A model generated the notes under the pieces. The model was given only the letters and a program-made list of their open reading frames with translations. It searched no databases and had not been told where the DNA came from. DNA of 64,000 nucleotides, taken from Macrostomum lignano (Eukaryota). This document shows, in pieces, positions 1-12,169 of this stretch. The DNA lies in NCBI GenBank assembly GCA_002269645.1, contig NIVC01004114.1, forward strand, positions 1 to 64,000, in the 5' to 3' direction. The position numbers and the translations under genes are program-made. The first letter of the stretch is position 1, and every line of letters starts with the position of its first letter.

Positions 1-33
1 GCACCACAGCAAAATAGCCCAAATCTTGTGGCA

Positions 34-3000
34 ATGGGCGAATTCGTGGAATCTCAACGAAGATGACAGTAATTGGCAGAACCCGGCTGACCCTACGGGC
101 GCAGAGGATTCTGTTGCTGGTCTGAATGGCGAAGATTCGCAGCTTGCGCCGTCGCCGTCACCTCCGCCGCGTCGACGAGTGTAGGCGGTGGTCGCCAGTC
201 GACGTTGAAGGCCGGAGCGAAGTGCCTCGTCTGCGATCTTGCTGGCCTCTGGAAGAACTTTGGCGTGGCCACGTCGCGAGTCCGTGCAAAACATTCTTTA
301 GGCGGAAATGCTAAGAGAGATGTAAGGTTTTTTATTGCCGTTTAAAGTGTTTGTTTTAATGCTGAATTTATTTTAAACCTTTTTTTCCTCATTGTTCCCC
401 TGCTTCTTGGACTCCATCATTTCCCTATTTCTCAGAATCCTTCATCATTCTCCCAGCCTCCTTCCCAATCATTCTCCCAGCCTCCTTCCAAATCATTCTC
501 CCAGCCTCCTTCCCAATCATTCTCCCAGCGTTCCCCATCATTCTCCCAGCCTCGTTCCCCATCATTCTCCCAGCCTCGTTCCTAAATCATTCTCCCAGCC
601 TCCTTCCTATCATTCTTCCAGCCTCCTTCCCCATCATTCTTCCAGCCTCCTTTCCCATCATTCTTCCAGCCCCTTCCCGATCATTCTCCCAGCCTCCTTC
701 CCAATCATTCTCCCAGCTTCTCTTCCCATCATTCTCCCCAGCCTCCTTCCCAAACATTCTCCCAGCCTCTGTTCCTAATCATTCTCCCAGCCTCCTTTCC
801 CATCATTCTCCCAGCCTCCTTCCCAATCATTCTCCCAGCTCCTTTCTTAATCATTCTCTCAGCCTCCTTCCTCATCATTCTTCTAGCCTCCTTCCTTATC
901 ATTCTCCCAGCCTTCTTTCCTATCATTCTCTCAGCCTCCTTCCCCATCATTCTCCCAGCCTCCTTCCCCATCATTCTCCTCAGCCTCCTTCCCCATCATT
1001 CTCCAGCCTCCTTCCCAATCATTCTCCCAGCCTCCTTCCCAATCATTCTCCAGCCTTCTTTCCCATCATTCTCTCAGCCTCCTTCCCCATCATTCTCCCA
1101 GCCTCCTTCCCCATCATTCTCTCCGACTCCTCCACCGTCCTTCTCCCAGACTCCATCATCCTTTTCAAGACTCATCCATTATTCTTCTCCCAGACTCTCC
1201 CATCATCATCCTCTCTGACTCATCATTCATCCTTTTCCCAGACTCCTCCATCACCCTTCTCCCAGACTCATTCATCATCCTTCTGCAGACTCATCCGTCA
1301 CCCTTCTGCCAGACTCATCCATCATCCTTTTCCCAGACTCCTCCACCATCCTTCTTTCAGCCTCCATCATTATTTCCCAGACTCCTCTTTCATCATTCTC
1401 TTTCCAAACTCTACTTTCCTAACGTTTCCTCCCACACTTCCCCATAATTCTCATTGACCTTTCCAGACTTTTTTTCTGATCATCTCCCCAATCCCCAGTC
1501 TCTCTTCGTCATCCCTCTCATGATCTCTTTCTCACTATGGACTCCACCTTGTCTACCCTGCTTCCCTAGAATTTCTCTAAGCTAGCCGGGCAGTAACTAT
1601 GCAGGTAAATGCTAGCTCCTTGCTCATACACGCACGCGACGCGTGAAAAATTTCTGCAGACTTCTCAGCTGCGCTGCCTGCATCAGAACAGCTGCAACAT
1701 TAGCAAGGAATATCGACGATCGTGCACTTCCTGCCGGCTGAACAAGTGCTTCGCTGTTGCATGAAGAAGGACCTCATACTGCGTAAGACTGCCTGTCCTG
1801 AGTGGATCCGATGTCCCAACGTACCGCGGTCCCAGCTAGTTTCATTGCCAAAATCACAGAGTCTTAGCAATCCAGTGTTTGCTTTGATTTTCTCTTAAAT
1901 CCCTAGTTTTAAATTCCTAAAAAACCCATTAAGGCTTTCGAATGCCGGTGACAGTGCCAACCCTTCAAGAATCCAATTTGCAGTCTCAAATCCGCTGAAA
2001 TTCCTAAATTAGCTTCAAAATCCCAAATTGCAGTCCCAAATCCCCTGAAATCCCGAAATTTAGCTTCAAAATCCCAACTGCAGTTTCAAATCCCCTGAAA
2101 TCCCGAAATTTATCTTCAAAATCCGAACTGCAGTTTCAAATCCCCTGAACTCCCTAAAATTAGCTTCAAAATATCGAACTACACTCTCAAATGCCCTGAG
2201 ATCCCTAAACCTAAATTAGCTTTAAAATCCCAAAGTGCTGTCTCAAATCCCCTGAAATTTCTAAATTTAGCTTCAAAATCCCAAACTACACTCAAAGCCG
2301 CTGAGATCCTTAAATCCCGAAATTTAGCTTCAAAATCCCAAACTACACTCAAAAATCCGCTGAGATCCTTAAATTAGCTTCATAAATCCCAAACTGCAAT
2401 CCCAAATCCCATAAACTCCCAAACTAGCTGTAGAATCCCAGTTCAGTCTGCGACGCCCAAATCCCCAACTCAATCCATTCCATTCGCAGCGGACGAGAAG
2501 CTCCGCTCCCGGGCCAGGCCGACATTCAAGAAGCCGCGCTATCGCTGGTGCCGCGTCCAGCCGACATCGACGACTCGCAGCTGATGTCGGCACTGACTTC
2601 CGTAGCTCCGGCCTGCGTGTCCCTCGAAGGCGTCAGGTTCGGCGGCATGGTCAAGCAGGAGCCGGCCTCCGGCTCCTTCGACGATCAGATGACGGCTTCG
2701 GCTAGCGGCGTCGGCGAGGGCGAAATCGTCGACGCAGACGACAGCCGAATAGGCGAAGAAGACGGCAATGATGATGATGAAGCTACTAGGGATGCTGGGG
2801 TGGTCGCGGCTGTCGCCGCGGCGGCCTCTTCTTCCGGGCCAATAACCGTTAACGAAGTCGTGGACGATGCTGATAGCGAAACGACGCCCATACTGCCGGG
2901 AGAGTTCGGGCAGACCAGCGCTTTGCGGTCCTTCGATCCCAGGTTTGACCCATTGACCCGTGCAGGGGTGTGACAGTGAGTCAGGAGTTAGAGAGGTGGG

Positions 3001-6000
3001 TCAGTCAGTGAGTCAGTAGCTTATTGACCCATTGACCCGTGCAGGGGTGTGACAGTGAGTCAGGAGTTATAGAGGTGGGTCAGTCAGTAGCTTATTGACT
3101 CATTGACCCATTGAGGGGGTGTGACAGTGAGTCAGGAGTTAGAGAGGTGGGTCAGTCAGTAGCTTATTGACTCATTGACCCGTTAAAGCCGAGGGGGTGT
3201 GACAGTGAGTCAAGAGTTAGAGGTGGGTCAGTCAGTAGCTTATTGACTCATTGACCCATTGAGGGGGTGTGACAGTGAGTCAGGAGTTAGAGAGGTGGGT
3301 CAGTCAGTAGCTTATTGACTCATTGACCCGTTAAAGCCGAGGGGGTGTGACAGTGAGTCAAGAGTTAGAGGTGGGTCAGTCAGTAGCTTATTGACTCATT
3401 GACCATTGAGGGGGTGTGACAGTGAGTCAGGAGTTAGAGAGGTGGGTCAGTCAGTAGCTTATTGACTCATTGACCCGTTAAAGCCGAGGGGGTGTGACAG
3501 TGAGTCAAGAGTTAGAGGTGGGTCAGTCAGTAGCTTATTGACTCATTGACCCATTGAGGGGGTGTGACAGTGAGTCAGGAGTTAGAGAGGTGGGTCAGTC
3601 AGTAGCTTATTGACTCATTGACCCGTTAAAGCCGAGGGGGTGTGACAGTGAGTCAAGAGTTAGAGGTGGGTCAGTCAGTAGCTTATTGACTCATTGACCC
3701 ATTGAGGGAGTGTGACAGTGAGTCAAGATTTAGAGAGGTGGGTCAGTCAGTAGCTTATTGACTCATTGACCCATTGAGGGGTTACAGTGAATCAAGAGCT
3801 TAGGAATAGTGGGTCAGCAGCTTAATTACTCAATTGGTCACGCGCTCTTACTGTTTCAGGTGGCAGACAGATGGCCGGCACTTCGAGACCACGCCAATCT
3901 ATCACCAGCTCTGCCTGTGCGTCACGGACTACCAGCTGCCGTACGATCAGCAGTGCGCCTCGACTTTGTCCTCGAAGCTGTTTAATTTGGAGGACGGATT
4001 TTCGACGCTTGAGAAATCCGTTAGAAAGATGATTCGATTAATACCTGCTATGCCGATACTCTCGCAATTGGATAAGAATCTGTTGGGCAAATTGGTCAAG
4101 GTAATCCAGTCAGACATTCGGTAATCCAGTCACACATTCGATAATCCATTCAGACATTCGGTAATCCAGTCACACATTCGATAATCCAGTCAGACATTCG
4201 ATAATCCAGTCAGACATTCAGTAATCCAATCAGATATTCGGTAATCCAGTCAGACAGTCGATAATCCGTTCAGACATTCAATAATCCATTTAGACATTCG
4301 ATAATCCAGTCAGACATTCGTAATCCAGTCAGACATTCGGTAATCCAGTCAGACATTCGGTAATCCAATCAGATATTCGGTAATCCAGTCAGACATTCGG
4401 TAATCCAGTCAGACATTCGGTAATCCAGTCAGACATTCGGTAATCCAGTCAGACATTCGGTAATCCAATCAGATATTCGGTAATCCAGTCAGACATTCGG
4501 TAATCCAGTCAGACATTTGGTAATCCAGTCAGAAATTCGATAATCCAGTCGGACATTCGGTAATCCAGTCAGACATTCGGTAATCCAGTCACACATTCGA
4601 TAATCCATTCAGATATTCGGTAATCCAGTCAGACATTCGGTAATCCAGTCAGACATTCGGTAATCCAGTCAGACATTCGGTAGTCCAGTCAGACATTCGG
4701 TAATCCAGTCAGACATTCGATAATCCATTCAGATATTCGATAATCCATTCAGATATTCGGTAATCCAGTCAGACATTCGGTAATCCATTCAGATATTCGG
4801 TAATCCAGTCAGACATTCGGTAATCCATTCAGATATTCGGTAATCCAGTCAGACATTCGGTAATCCAGTCAGACATTCAGTAATCCAGTCAGACATTCGG
4901 TAATCCAGTCAGACATTCGATAATCCATTCAGATATTCGGTAATCCAATCAGTCATTCGATAATCCAGTCAGACATTCGATAATCTATTCAGAATTTTTT
5001 TAATCTAGTTCACTAGAACTGGAACTGGTTAAAAAGGTAGCCTAATACGAATATTTGATGGGCTTGTTTTCTACCTGACATTCGAGATGTACACATCCCT
5101 AATCCCCTCACCCCATCAGCTGCGAGTATTCGGCGCAATCCAGATCATCAGCGTACTGTCCTACGATTACGATCGAGACGCATGGGTCGTCCTATTCGAA
5201 GCTGCTGACGGCCTCGAAGAGGCGGTTCTGCACACACGGGAGGCTATCATTGGCACATTTATGAGCCTCACTAGCAAGCGCTGGCTCGACGACCGAGCCC
5301 TCTACAGCGTGTCGGACGTGGAGCGAATCTACCAGACTCTGACCGACTATTATCGCGACATGCTGCGCCTGTTTGGCGGCCACCGCAAAGTGGCAGCGGT
5401 TGTACTGTTGGCAATCTATCTGCTTGAGGAGGACAGGGCGCTGCTGTTGTCCTCTGCCGAGCAGGAGGAGGTCTGTCTGTCTGTTTTATGGGAAATCTGA
5501 GTTTGAACACATTGCTAGATAGTCGCTTCTTGGGACAGGTTTTGGAAAATCGTCTGTTGACTATAGAAAACAATAAAAACCGCCATTTATCACGCCTAAT
5601 AAGTGCTTCAACACAACTTTAAGTAATAGCTTGCTATAAAACATCCCTGATAATGATAAATCGCCTCTTTTAGACACACCTGGAAAAATCGCCTCTTTTA
5701 GACACACCTGAAAAAATCGCCTCTATTAGACACACCTGGAAAAATCGCCTCTTTTAGACACACCAGGAAAAATCGCCTCTTTTAGACACACCTGGAAAAA
5801 TCGCCTCTTTTAGAAACCCGCCAGGAAAAATCGCCTCTTTTAAACACACCTGGAAAAATCGCCTCTTAGAAATACGCTTGGAGAATCGCCTCTTTTGAAA
5901 ATACACCTGAAAGAATCGCTTTTTTAGAAAACCTGGAAAAATCGTCTCTTTTAGAAATCCGCCAGGAAAAATCGCCTCTTTTAAAAACACATCTGGAAAA

Positions 6001-6651
6001 TTGGCCTCTTTTAGAAATCCGCCTGGAAAAATCGCCTCTTAGAAATCCGCCTGGAAAAATCGCCTCTTTTAGAAATCCGCCTGGAAAAATCGCCTCTTTT
6101 AGAAACCCGCCAGGAAAAATCGCCTCTTTTAGAAACCCGCCAGGAAAAATCGTCTCTTTTAGACACACCTGAAAAAATCGCCTCTTTTAGAAATCCGCCT
6201 GGAAAAATCCGCCTGGAAAAATCGCCTCTTTTAGAAACCCGCCAGAAAAAATCGCCTCTTTTAGAAACCCGCCAGGAAAAATCGTCTCTTTTAGACACAC
6301 CTAAAAAAATCGCCTCTTTTAGAAATCCGCCTGGAAAAATCGTCGATTTAGACACACCTGAAAAAATCGCCTCTTTTAGAAATCCGCCTGGAAAAATCGC
6401 CTCTTTTAGACACAGGCCCTCCTGTTTGCAACCCGCAGGTGCGCCAGGCTCAGAGTCAGTACCTCAGCCACCTGGACGGCATCGCCAAAATGTGCGAATC
6501 AGAATCTGGCGAACCCGCCAGCCGAATCGTTCAGCGCGCCCTGCTGGCGCTGCTTCGAGTCCGCTGGCTGGACGTGCGCTACAGCGACGGCTCCCGGATA
6601 CTGCAGGTTGCCAGGGTGCCACCCCTGATGCAGGAGCTCGCGGCCACCTGA
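34..6651 (+). CDS. HR96: Nuclear hormone receptor, NR1J/HR96 (DAF-12/NHR-8)-like; 6 exons; the 5' exons contain frameshifts
   Basis: Exons ~34-321, 1669-1782, 2490-2942, 3860-4100, 5120-5470, 6439-6651, all GT-AG. Correcting indels gives zinc finger 1 as KCLVC..ASG.NFGVATCESCKTFFRRNAKR (ESCK P-box typical of NR1J). Finger 2 reads RCLHQNSCNISKEYRRSCTSCRLNKCFAV(G)MKKDLIL. Exons 4-6 splice in frame into an LBD-like region ending in an AF-2-like PPLMQEL. Confidence 0.8.
430..1400. repeat. Minisatellite, ~24 bp unit (aatcattctcccagcctccttccc), NR intron 1
   Basis: Tandem copies are directly visible and degenerate toward the 3' end. Confidence 0.95.
1970..2440. repeat. Degenerate minisatellite, ~50 bp unit (aaattagcttcaaaatccc...), NR intron 2
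   Basis: Recurrent ttagcttcaaaatccc and caaatcccctgaaat motifs. Confidence 0.85.
2955..3800. repeat. Minisatellite, ~58-66 bp alternating units (gggggtgtgacagtgagtcaggagttagagaggtgggtcagtcagtagcttattgactcattgaccc), NR intron 3
   Basis: Tandem copies with two alternating variants. Confidence 0.95.
4101..5000. repeat. Minisatellite, 20 bp unit (gtaatccagtcagacattcg), NR intron 4, starting at the splice donor
   Basis: The first unit begins with the GT donor at 4101. Confidence 0.97.
5660..6415. repeat. Minisatellite, ~30 bp unit (ttagaaatccgcctggaaaaatcgcctctt), NR intron 5
   Basis: Tandem copies run almost to the acceptor at 6438. Confidence 0.95.
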
Positions 6652-9169
6652 ACATAAGCAGATCACGTGATCAGCTTAACTCTGTTATTTGTTGTCGTTT
6701 TGTCCTGTTGCTTACCTTTTGTTGCGTTGTTGTTTTTTCTATGCGATTCTTGGAAAGAGCAACAGATTTGTTTGATTGAGAAATAAATTTTTAGTGGAAA
6801 ATTCATGCTTGGTTTTTTTATTTTGTCATTGCGTCATGGACGATGCATGTGGAGCAGCCGCACAGTCTCGACGCTCTAGATCTCTGCTTTTTCATGCTTG
6901 CAACTCATTGTCATTTCTCTAGTGCAGCCGCTTCATTTATTAATTTATTGTTAATTAAAGTTCGTCCCATCCTCATCAAAGTACATTTGCTACGCTCGAC
7001 CTAAAAGTACATTCAATATTCTCAGCAAAAGTTCATTTACTCTTTATTGCCTAAAAGTACATTTGGTACTCTATCCTTAAACTAAATTTCCTTCCTACCA
7101 CCTAATATATTCTCAGCCTAAAAGTACTTTTCGATCTTCTCAGCCTAAAAGGACATTTAAACCTCCCAGCCACACAAGTACACACTTTTAAGAATTGCAC
7201 CTTCCTGTTTAAAAGTGCATCCATATCTCCCTTCTTCACCTGAATTCGACTCAACTCATTTAGAGATTATGTTAGTGCGTAGGTTTTTTGGTTTAAAAGA
7301 AACTCTTTTGAACGAACTCTGGTTTATTATTTTGTTGATATTGCACCAATTTACTGTACCTATTATAATGTACTCTTCTATTTTCTGCTACCTGTCTAGA
7401 GTACTGGCTAAATGTAAGCGCACTTTATTATAGAGTATAACCGTTGCGCGTCCGCTTGCCGTAATTTTATATTTGCGCCGTTACCAAAAATTCTTTGTAC
7501 GAGTAGAATTCTTTTAGATCTGTGTGTGGGTGCGTGTTCTGACCTTTTTTGTCATTTCAAGCGAAATTATCTTTATATTTTTTGATATATAGTGCTGTGT
7601 CTTCGTGTTGTAAAAGATGTACGTTGCTAATTGTTGGGCAAAATTGGCATCTTCACCTACACCTGGCTGCTGCGTCATTCTCATTCCTATATGCATATAG
7701 CAAGTAGTCAGTCTATTTATAATAATTAGAGGCAAGTTCTCCTCTGCCTGCAACCGGCTTGTCTCTAGCGTTTTAATTCGATGTAATTTGTTGTTTGATG
7801 GGCCATTTTAATGTGACTATTGTTAACAGCATGTATATCGATTGCTGCCCGCAAATATTTATTGTCATAATTGTAGCGCGTGAGAACCCTTGTTTAAGAC
7901 TTCGTTTTAGCCATTATTTGTCTGCTTTTCTGTCTTACTCGTATGTCTGCTACTCGTAATAATTTTTTATTCCAGCGAGTAATAAAGCACTCGGTAAATA
8001 TCACAATTTCTAGAATAGCTAGTCTAGATATACCACTCGCTTATCCCTACTTAGCCAAATTCGCGTTTTTGCCTTTTTAAACCTTAAGACTGCAACAGTC
8101 GTCTCTGAATTCTACAAGCAGACCTATTAAATTAGCATCTTAAATTCTGTTTTAGTCGCTAGGACCTTATTTAAAATAGAATTCAATTTAAGACTGAAGC
8201 CAAAACCAATGCGTGTTGCACAGCAAGAGAGAAAAGGGGTGACGCCCCAGTTCCCTGTCTCGTCGATAAACAGTTTAGCTTTCATTTTAGTCTTTCCTTA
8301 CTGTTACTGCTCTCTCTCATTGGCTGAGCCAGATTGGGTCTGTCATCCTAGGTTGAGTTTCGTCCGTCTTCTCTCTCCTTACTGCTCTCTCATTGGCTAA
8401 GCCAGATTGGGCCTGCCACCCTAGGCTGAGTTTCGTACATCTGACTTGAACCTCTCTCCTTACTGCTCTCATTAGCTGAGCTAGCTTGGGGCTGTTTCCT
8501 CCGTCTTGCACTCACTTGTGTACGGGTTAAGTGCTTGTTGTTCATTCTAACCCTATATGTCGGGACTCGGGAGGCAGCAAACCCGGAGAAAAACAGTAGA
8601 CGATCTAGTTTTTTTCTTCACAACATTAATTGCGAGTGACACATCTGGCTATTCTAAACATTTGCGGTACAGACAGTTTCTATAAATTTTAATTATATTA
8701 TACCATATTGTTAAATTTGTATGTCTTTTATGTATATGAAAGAGCAAATATTAATTTCTAAATAAAATTGTTCGAATTTTGTTTTTTTCATCGTCCGCGT
8801 GCCATAAGCAGATTTATCTCAAATTGTGGTGTATAAATTGTGTTGTCCATAAACTTGGTCGTATTTTTTCTCGCAAAAAAAACTTAAAAACTCCAACAGA
8901 CAAAACAAGATTTTTGAAATATGCTGGATTTTCTACTTATAGTAGCGTATAAAACTAGTTAGTTTAGATTTTTATATTAAATTATTAGTGTTGTTACATT
9001 CGCAACTGGCAATGACAGGGTTAAATAATTAATTTCCTTATAAACTTAATTTAATTGAGATGGTCTGCTCTGATACGCTTGTACATTTACAGTTCCAATA
9101 TTGGGGCAGAAATGCGCGGTATCTGTTAATTTTTAGAAAAATATATTGCTAAGAGTCCTAAGACTCAAT

Positions 9170-9570
9170 TCAGAAGTAAAATTCGGGATCAATTCAGGAG
9201 AGGAATTCGGGATCTATTCAGGAGAGGAATTCGGGATCTATTCAGGAGAGGAATTCGGGATCAATTCAGGAGAGGAATTCGGGATCTATTCAGGAGAGGA
9301 ATTCTGGATCTTTTCAGGAGAGGAATTCGGGATCTATTCAGGAGTGGAATTCGGGATCTATTCAGGAGAGGAATTCGGGATTTATTCAGGAGTGAAAGTC
9401 GGGATCAATTCAGGAGAGGAATTCGGGATCAATTCAGGAGTGGAATTTGGAATTTATTCAGGAGTGAAAGTCGGGATCGATTCAGGAGTGGAATTCGGGA
9501 TCTATTCAGAAGAGGAATTCGGGATCAATTCAGGAGAGGAATTTGGGATTTATTCAGGAGTGAAAGTCGG
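9170..9570. repeat. Minisatellite, 24 bp unit (ggagaggaattcgggatctattca), 3' of GKAP1
   Basis: Tandem copies. Confidence 0.95.
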
Positions 9571-9612
9571 GATCTGGGGTTCGTTCAAGGTGCATCACGA
9601 AGCCCGTGCACT

Positions 9613-10791
9613 TCAGCGAGCGGCACTGGACCTCAGCTTGTCCAGCTGATCCTGCAGTTGACGTGACTTGGTCTTCTCCTTCTCTAGCTCCGAGTCCAGC
9701 ACTTTGGTGCTGTCTGTCAGTTCGGAAATCACGGATGTGAGCTGGTAGATCTGCTCGGACAGACCTTTGGCTTTTTTACCTTCGACTAAGCTGAGGAGAG
9801 AGTTCAGATGAGCAACTTGGGCTTCAGAACTGGCCAGCGAACGCTTCAGACTGTCGGTCTCGGCTCGTAGAGACTCGTTCTCGGCCTCTTTCACGGCTAG
9901 GGCTTCCTGGATCCATTGTTAAAGGGAGTGTTGCATTTGTGAACTTGAGGAATGCAATTGCATCCCGGAATCCCGGTCCCGGAATTCGGGACCACATGAT
10001 TCGGAAATGGGACTACATGTAGATGATCTAGACTAAACTAAAATTAGGTCTTACCTGAAACTTGGCCTGCAACTCCAGTTCAACTTCCTGACGAATAAGC
10101 TCCTTCTCGGTGAGTTTCTCTCTGCGCACGGTGGCGTTCGCAGCCCGGCGGCTCTCCGCCTCAATTCTTGTCAGAGTACTGCCTGGAACGCCTGACAGGG
10201 AGCTGGCATTGACAGACGAAGCTGTAGCTGTAGGCTTTTCTTGTTCGAGCCTGCTGGCCATTATTGCTTCGGCCAATTCGCGCTTATAACTGCTGTCTAA
10301 CAGCTCCTGAATCGGTAGAGTTATTTTAGAACTATTTACCACGGCCAGGGTAAACGGCGGGAGTAACTATACACTTACATCAATTACAAATTGCCTCGTC
10401 ATCTAATTTAGTTTGTTTCTCAAGTTTTTTAATCTTTACCGTTTTGCATGTTATTCTATTTTGGAAAACACTTTTTTACTACTTTTACTAAGTAGCTTAC
10501 TCGTTTATTTCACAATTCAAATATAACATTCAAATCAAATAATCAAACCTGATCTTTTTTCTGCCACTCCTCCTGCTGTGCTGCCAGTGCTTCCATGTTT
10601 GGTAATTTTCTCTTTGATTGCTGCTGTGCAGGCTTGCTGCTTCTAGCAGCAGGCACTGGTTGCTGTTGCTTCTGTTGCTTGTTCTTTTTTGACTTACGAC
10701 CATTACCAGTGGTTTTCCTGCTTTCATTATTAGTATCACTATCTTCACTGCTGCTCAGACCTTCAACTTTTAGCACAGCAAATTTGGACAT
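9613..10791 (-). CDS. GKAP1: G kinase-anchoring protein 1 homolog; 3 exons
   Basis: Exons 10549-10791, 10055-10306, 9613-9906, all phase 0, GT-AG. Motifs match GKAP1 as I recall it: SKFAVLKVE (SRFALLQVD), EEWQKKDQE...YKRELAEAIMASRLEQE, and a C-terminal coiled coil ELEKEKTKSRQLQDQL. Confidence 0.85.
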
Positions 10792-11135
10792 CTGAAATCA
10801 GAAAGAACAGCAATATAAGCCTAAGAGTCATTCAATGTCATAACAAAAAATCTACACATAAAACTATGTCAAAGATAGCCTATTTATTCTTTCTTTGCAT
10901 ATGAAATTATAATATCCAAGGCAATTTATTAAAATATATTCCTTAGTAAGTATAGGCCTCTCTATAGTAGTTCATGCCTAATTATTAATTTTAAATTCCC
11001 AAAAATAGCATAGATAAGCCTAAATATATGTTAGGCTTATTTATTATCTTTGATTAAAACTTTAAATAATCAATTTATCATTTTTTCTTTATTTTTGAGT
11101 AGCCTAAGCACTATTTATCAATAGGCCTTAACTGC

Positions 11136-11323
11136 CAGGCGTGGATCCGGGAATTTCTTGAGGGGGGGGCAACTTTTTTCATACTGCCCCAAGTAGGAAC
11201 CTACCCCAAGGCCCAAGCCCTTTCTTTACTTAGAAGGGGGCTAAAGGCAAAAGTAGAATTTTTTTGAGGCAGCTGAGAGGGGGGCCATGGCCCCCTTGGC
11301 CTCCCCCCCAGGATCTGCCACTG
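11136..11323. mobile_element. Non-autonomous hAT-type MITE (~188 bp)
   Basis: Imperfect TIRs caggcgtggatcc / ggatctgccactg; 8 bp TSD ttaactgc (11128-11135) / ataactgc (11324-11331); GC-rich island in AT-rich flank. Confidence 0.7.
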
Positions 11324-12169
11324 ATAACTGCAAAATGAATAGTACATTGTTCTTTTACACCAAAAATGGCACAATGACTTACTTTATCTTTTTTGTATTT
11401 AGGCCTAGCCTAGGCCCTAATTGTCTTTTGCAAATGGAGTAAGACTCCTATCTATAGTATAAATTTATTTTATTAATTTTATCTTTTATTATTTTGTTAA
11501 ATAAATCTATGAATTTCCTATATATTAGGCTCTACCATTTATTGCGAAAATAGGCCTATTTGTTGCTTGTAAATGACTTTGTTAGCCTATAACTTAACTA
11601 AAGTCTAAACTATGATCATTTTAGGCTCAAGTTTTGTATAATATAGGCCTAGCCCAACCATTTATTAAAAGCACCAATACCTTTAAAGTGTTATAAAATT
11701 TGGAATTGGTAATTAAATAATATGATTTATGCTTAGGCCTATAATACCAGGCCTAATATGCCTAGACTACATTTGTAACTAGTGTAATTTTACAACAATT
11801 TTATGCTTTGATTTAACCTTATATATCATTAGAAAGATGGGCAATTATGATTGCATTAAAATATTATATTAACTTTTACACATTAGATTATTATTAATTA
11901 GTTGGCAGATTCTACCAAAATAGAAAAACTGCTAAATACTTGATTACTTGCAAAGTTGCAACACTTAATTCTACACGCAGAAATTAATATGAATGTCGCT
12001 GTCCAGTGTCCAGTCACTTGAAATGCATGGTATTAATTATCTATAGGCATAGCCTCTCTCCTCAGTCTCAGGCCTCAGTCAATTTAACTTAAAAGACGTT
12101 TTGGTTCTGGTGGAGGATGAGCTGAGTGGGTGGTGGTTAGGCCTATCTTTTATTCTTCCCACCTTCAAG

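Noticed and set aside
8550-9030. piggyBac-like element (taa|ccct ... aggg|ttaa)
   Set aside because: Only 4 bp of terminal match; no convincing TIR
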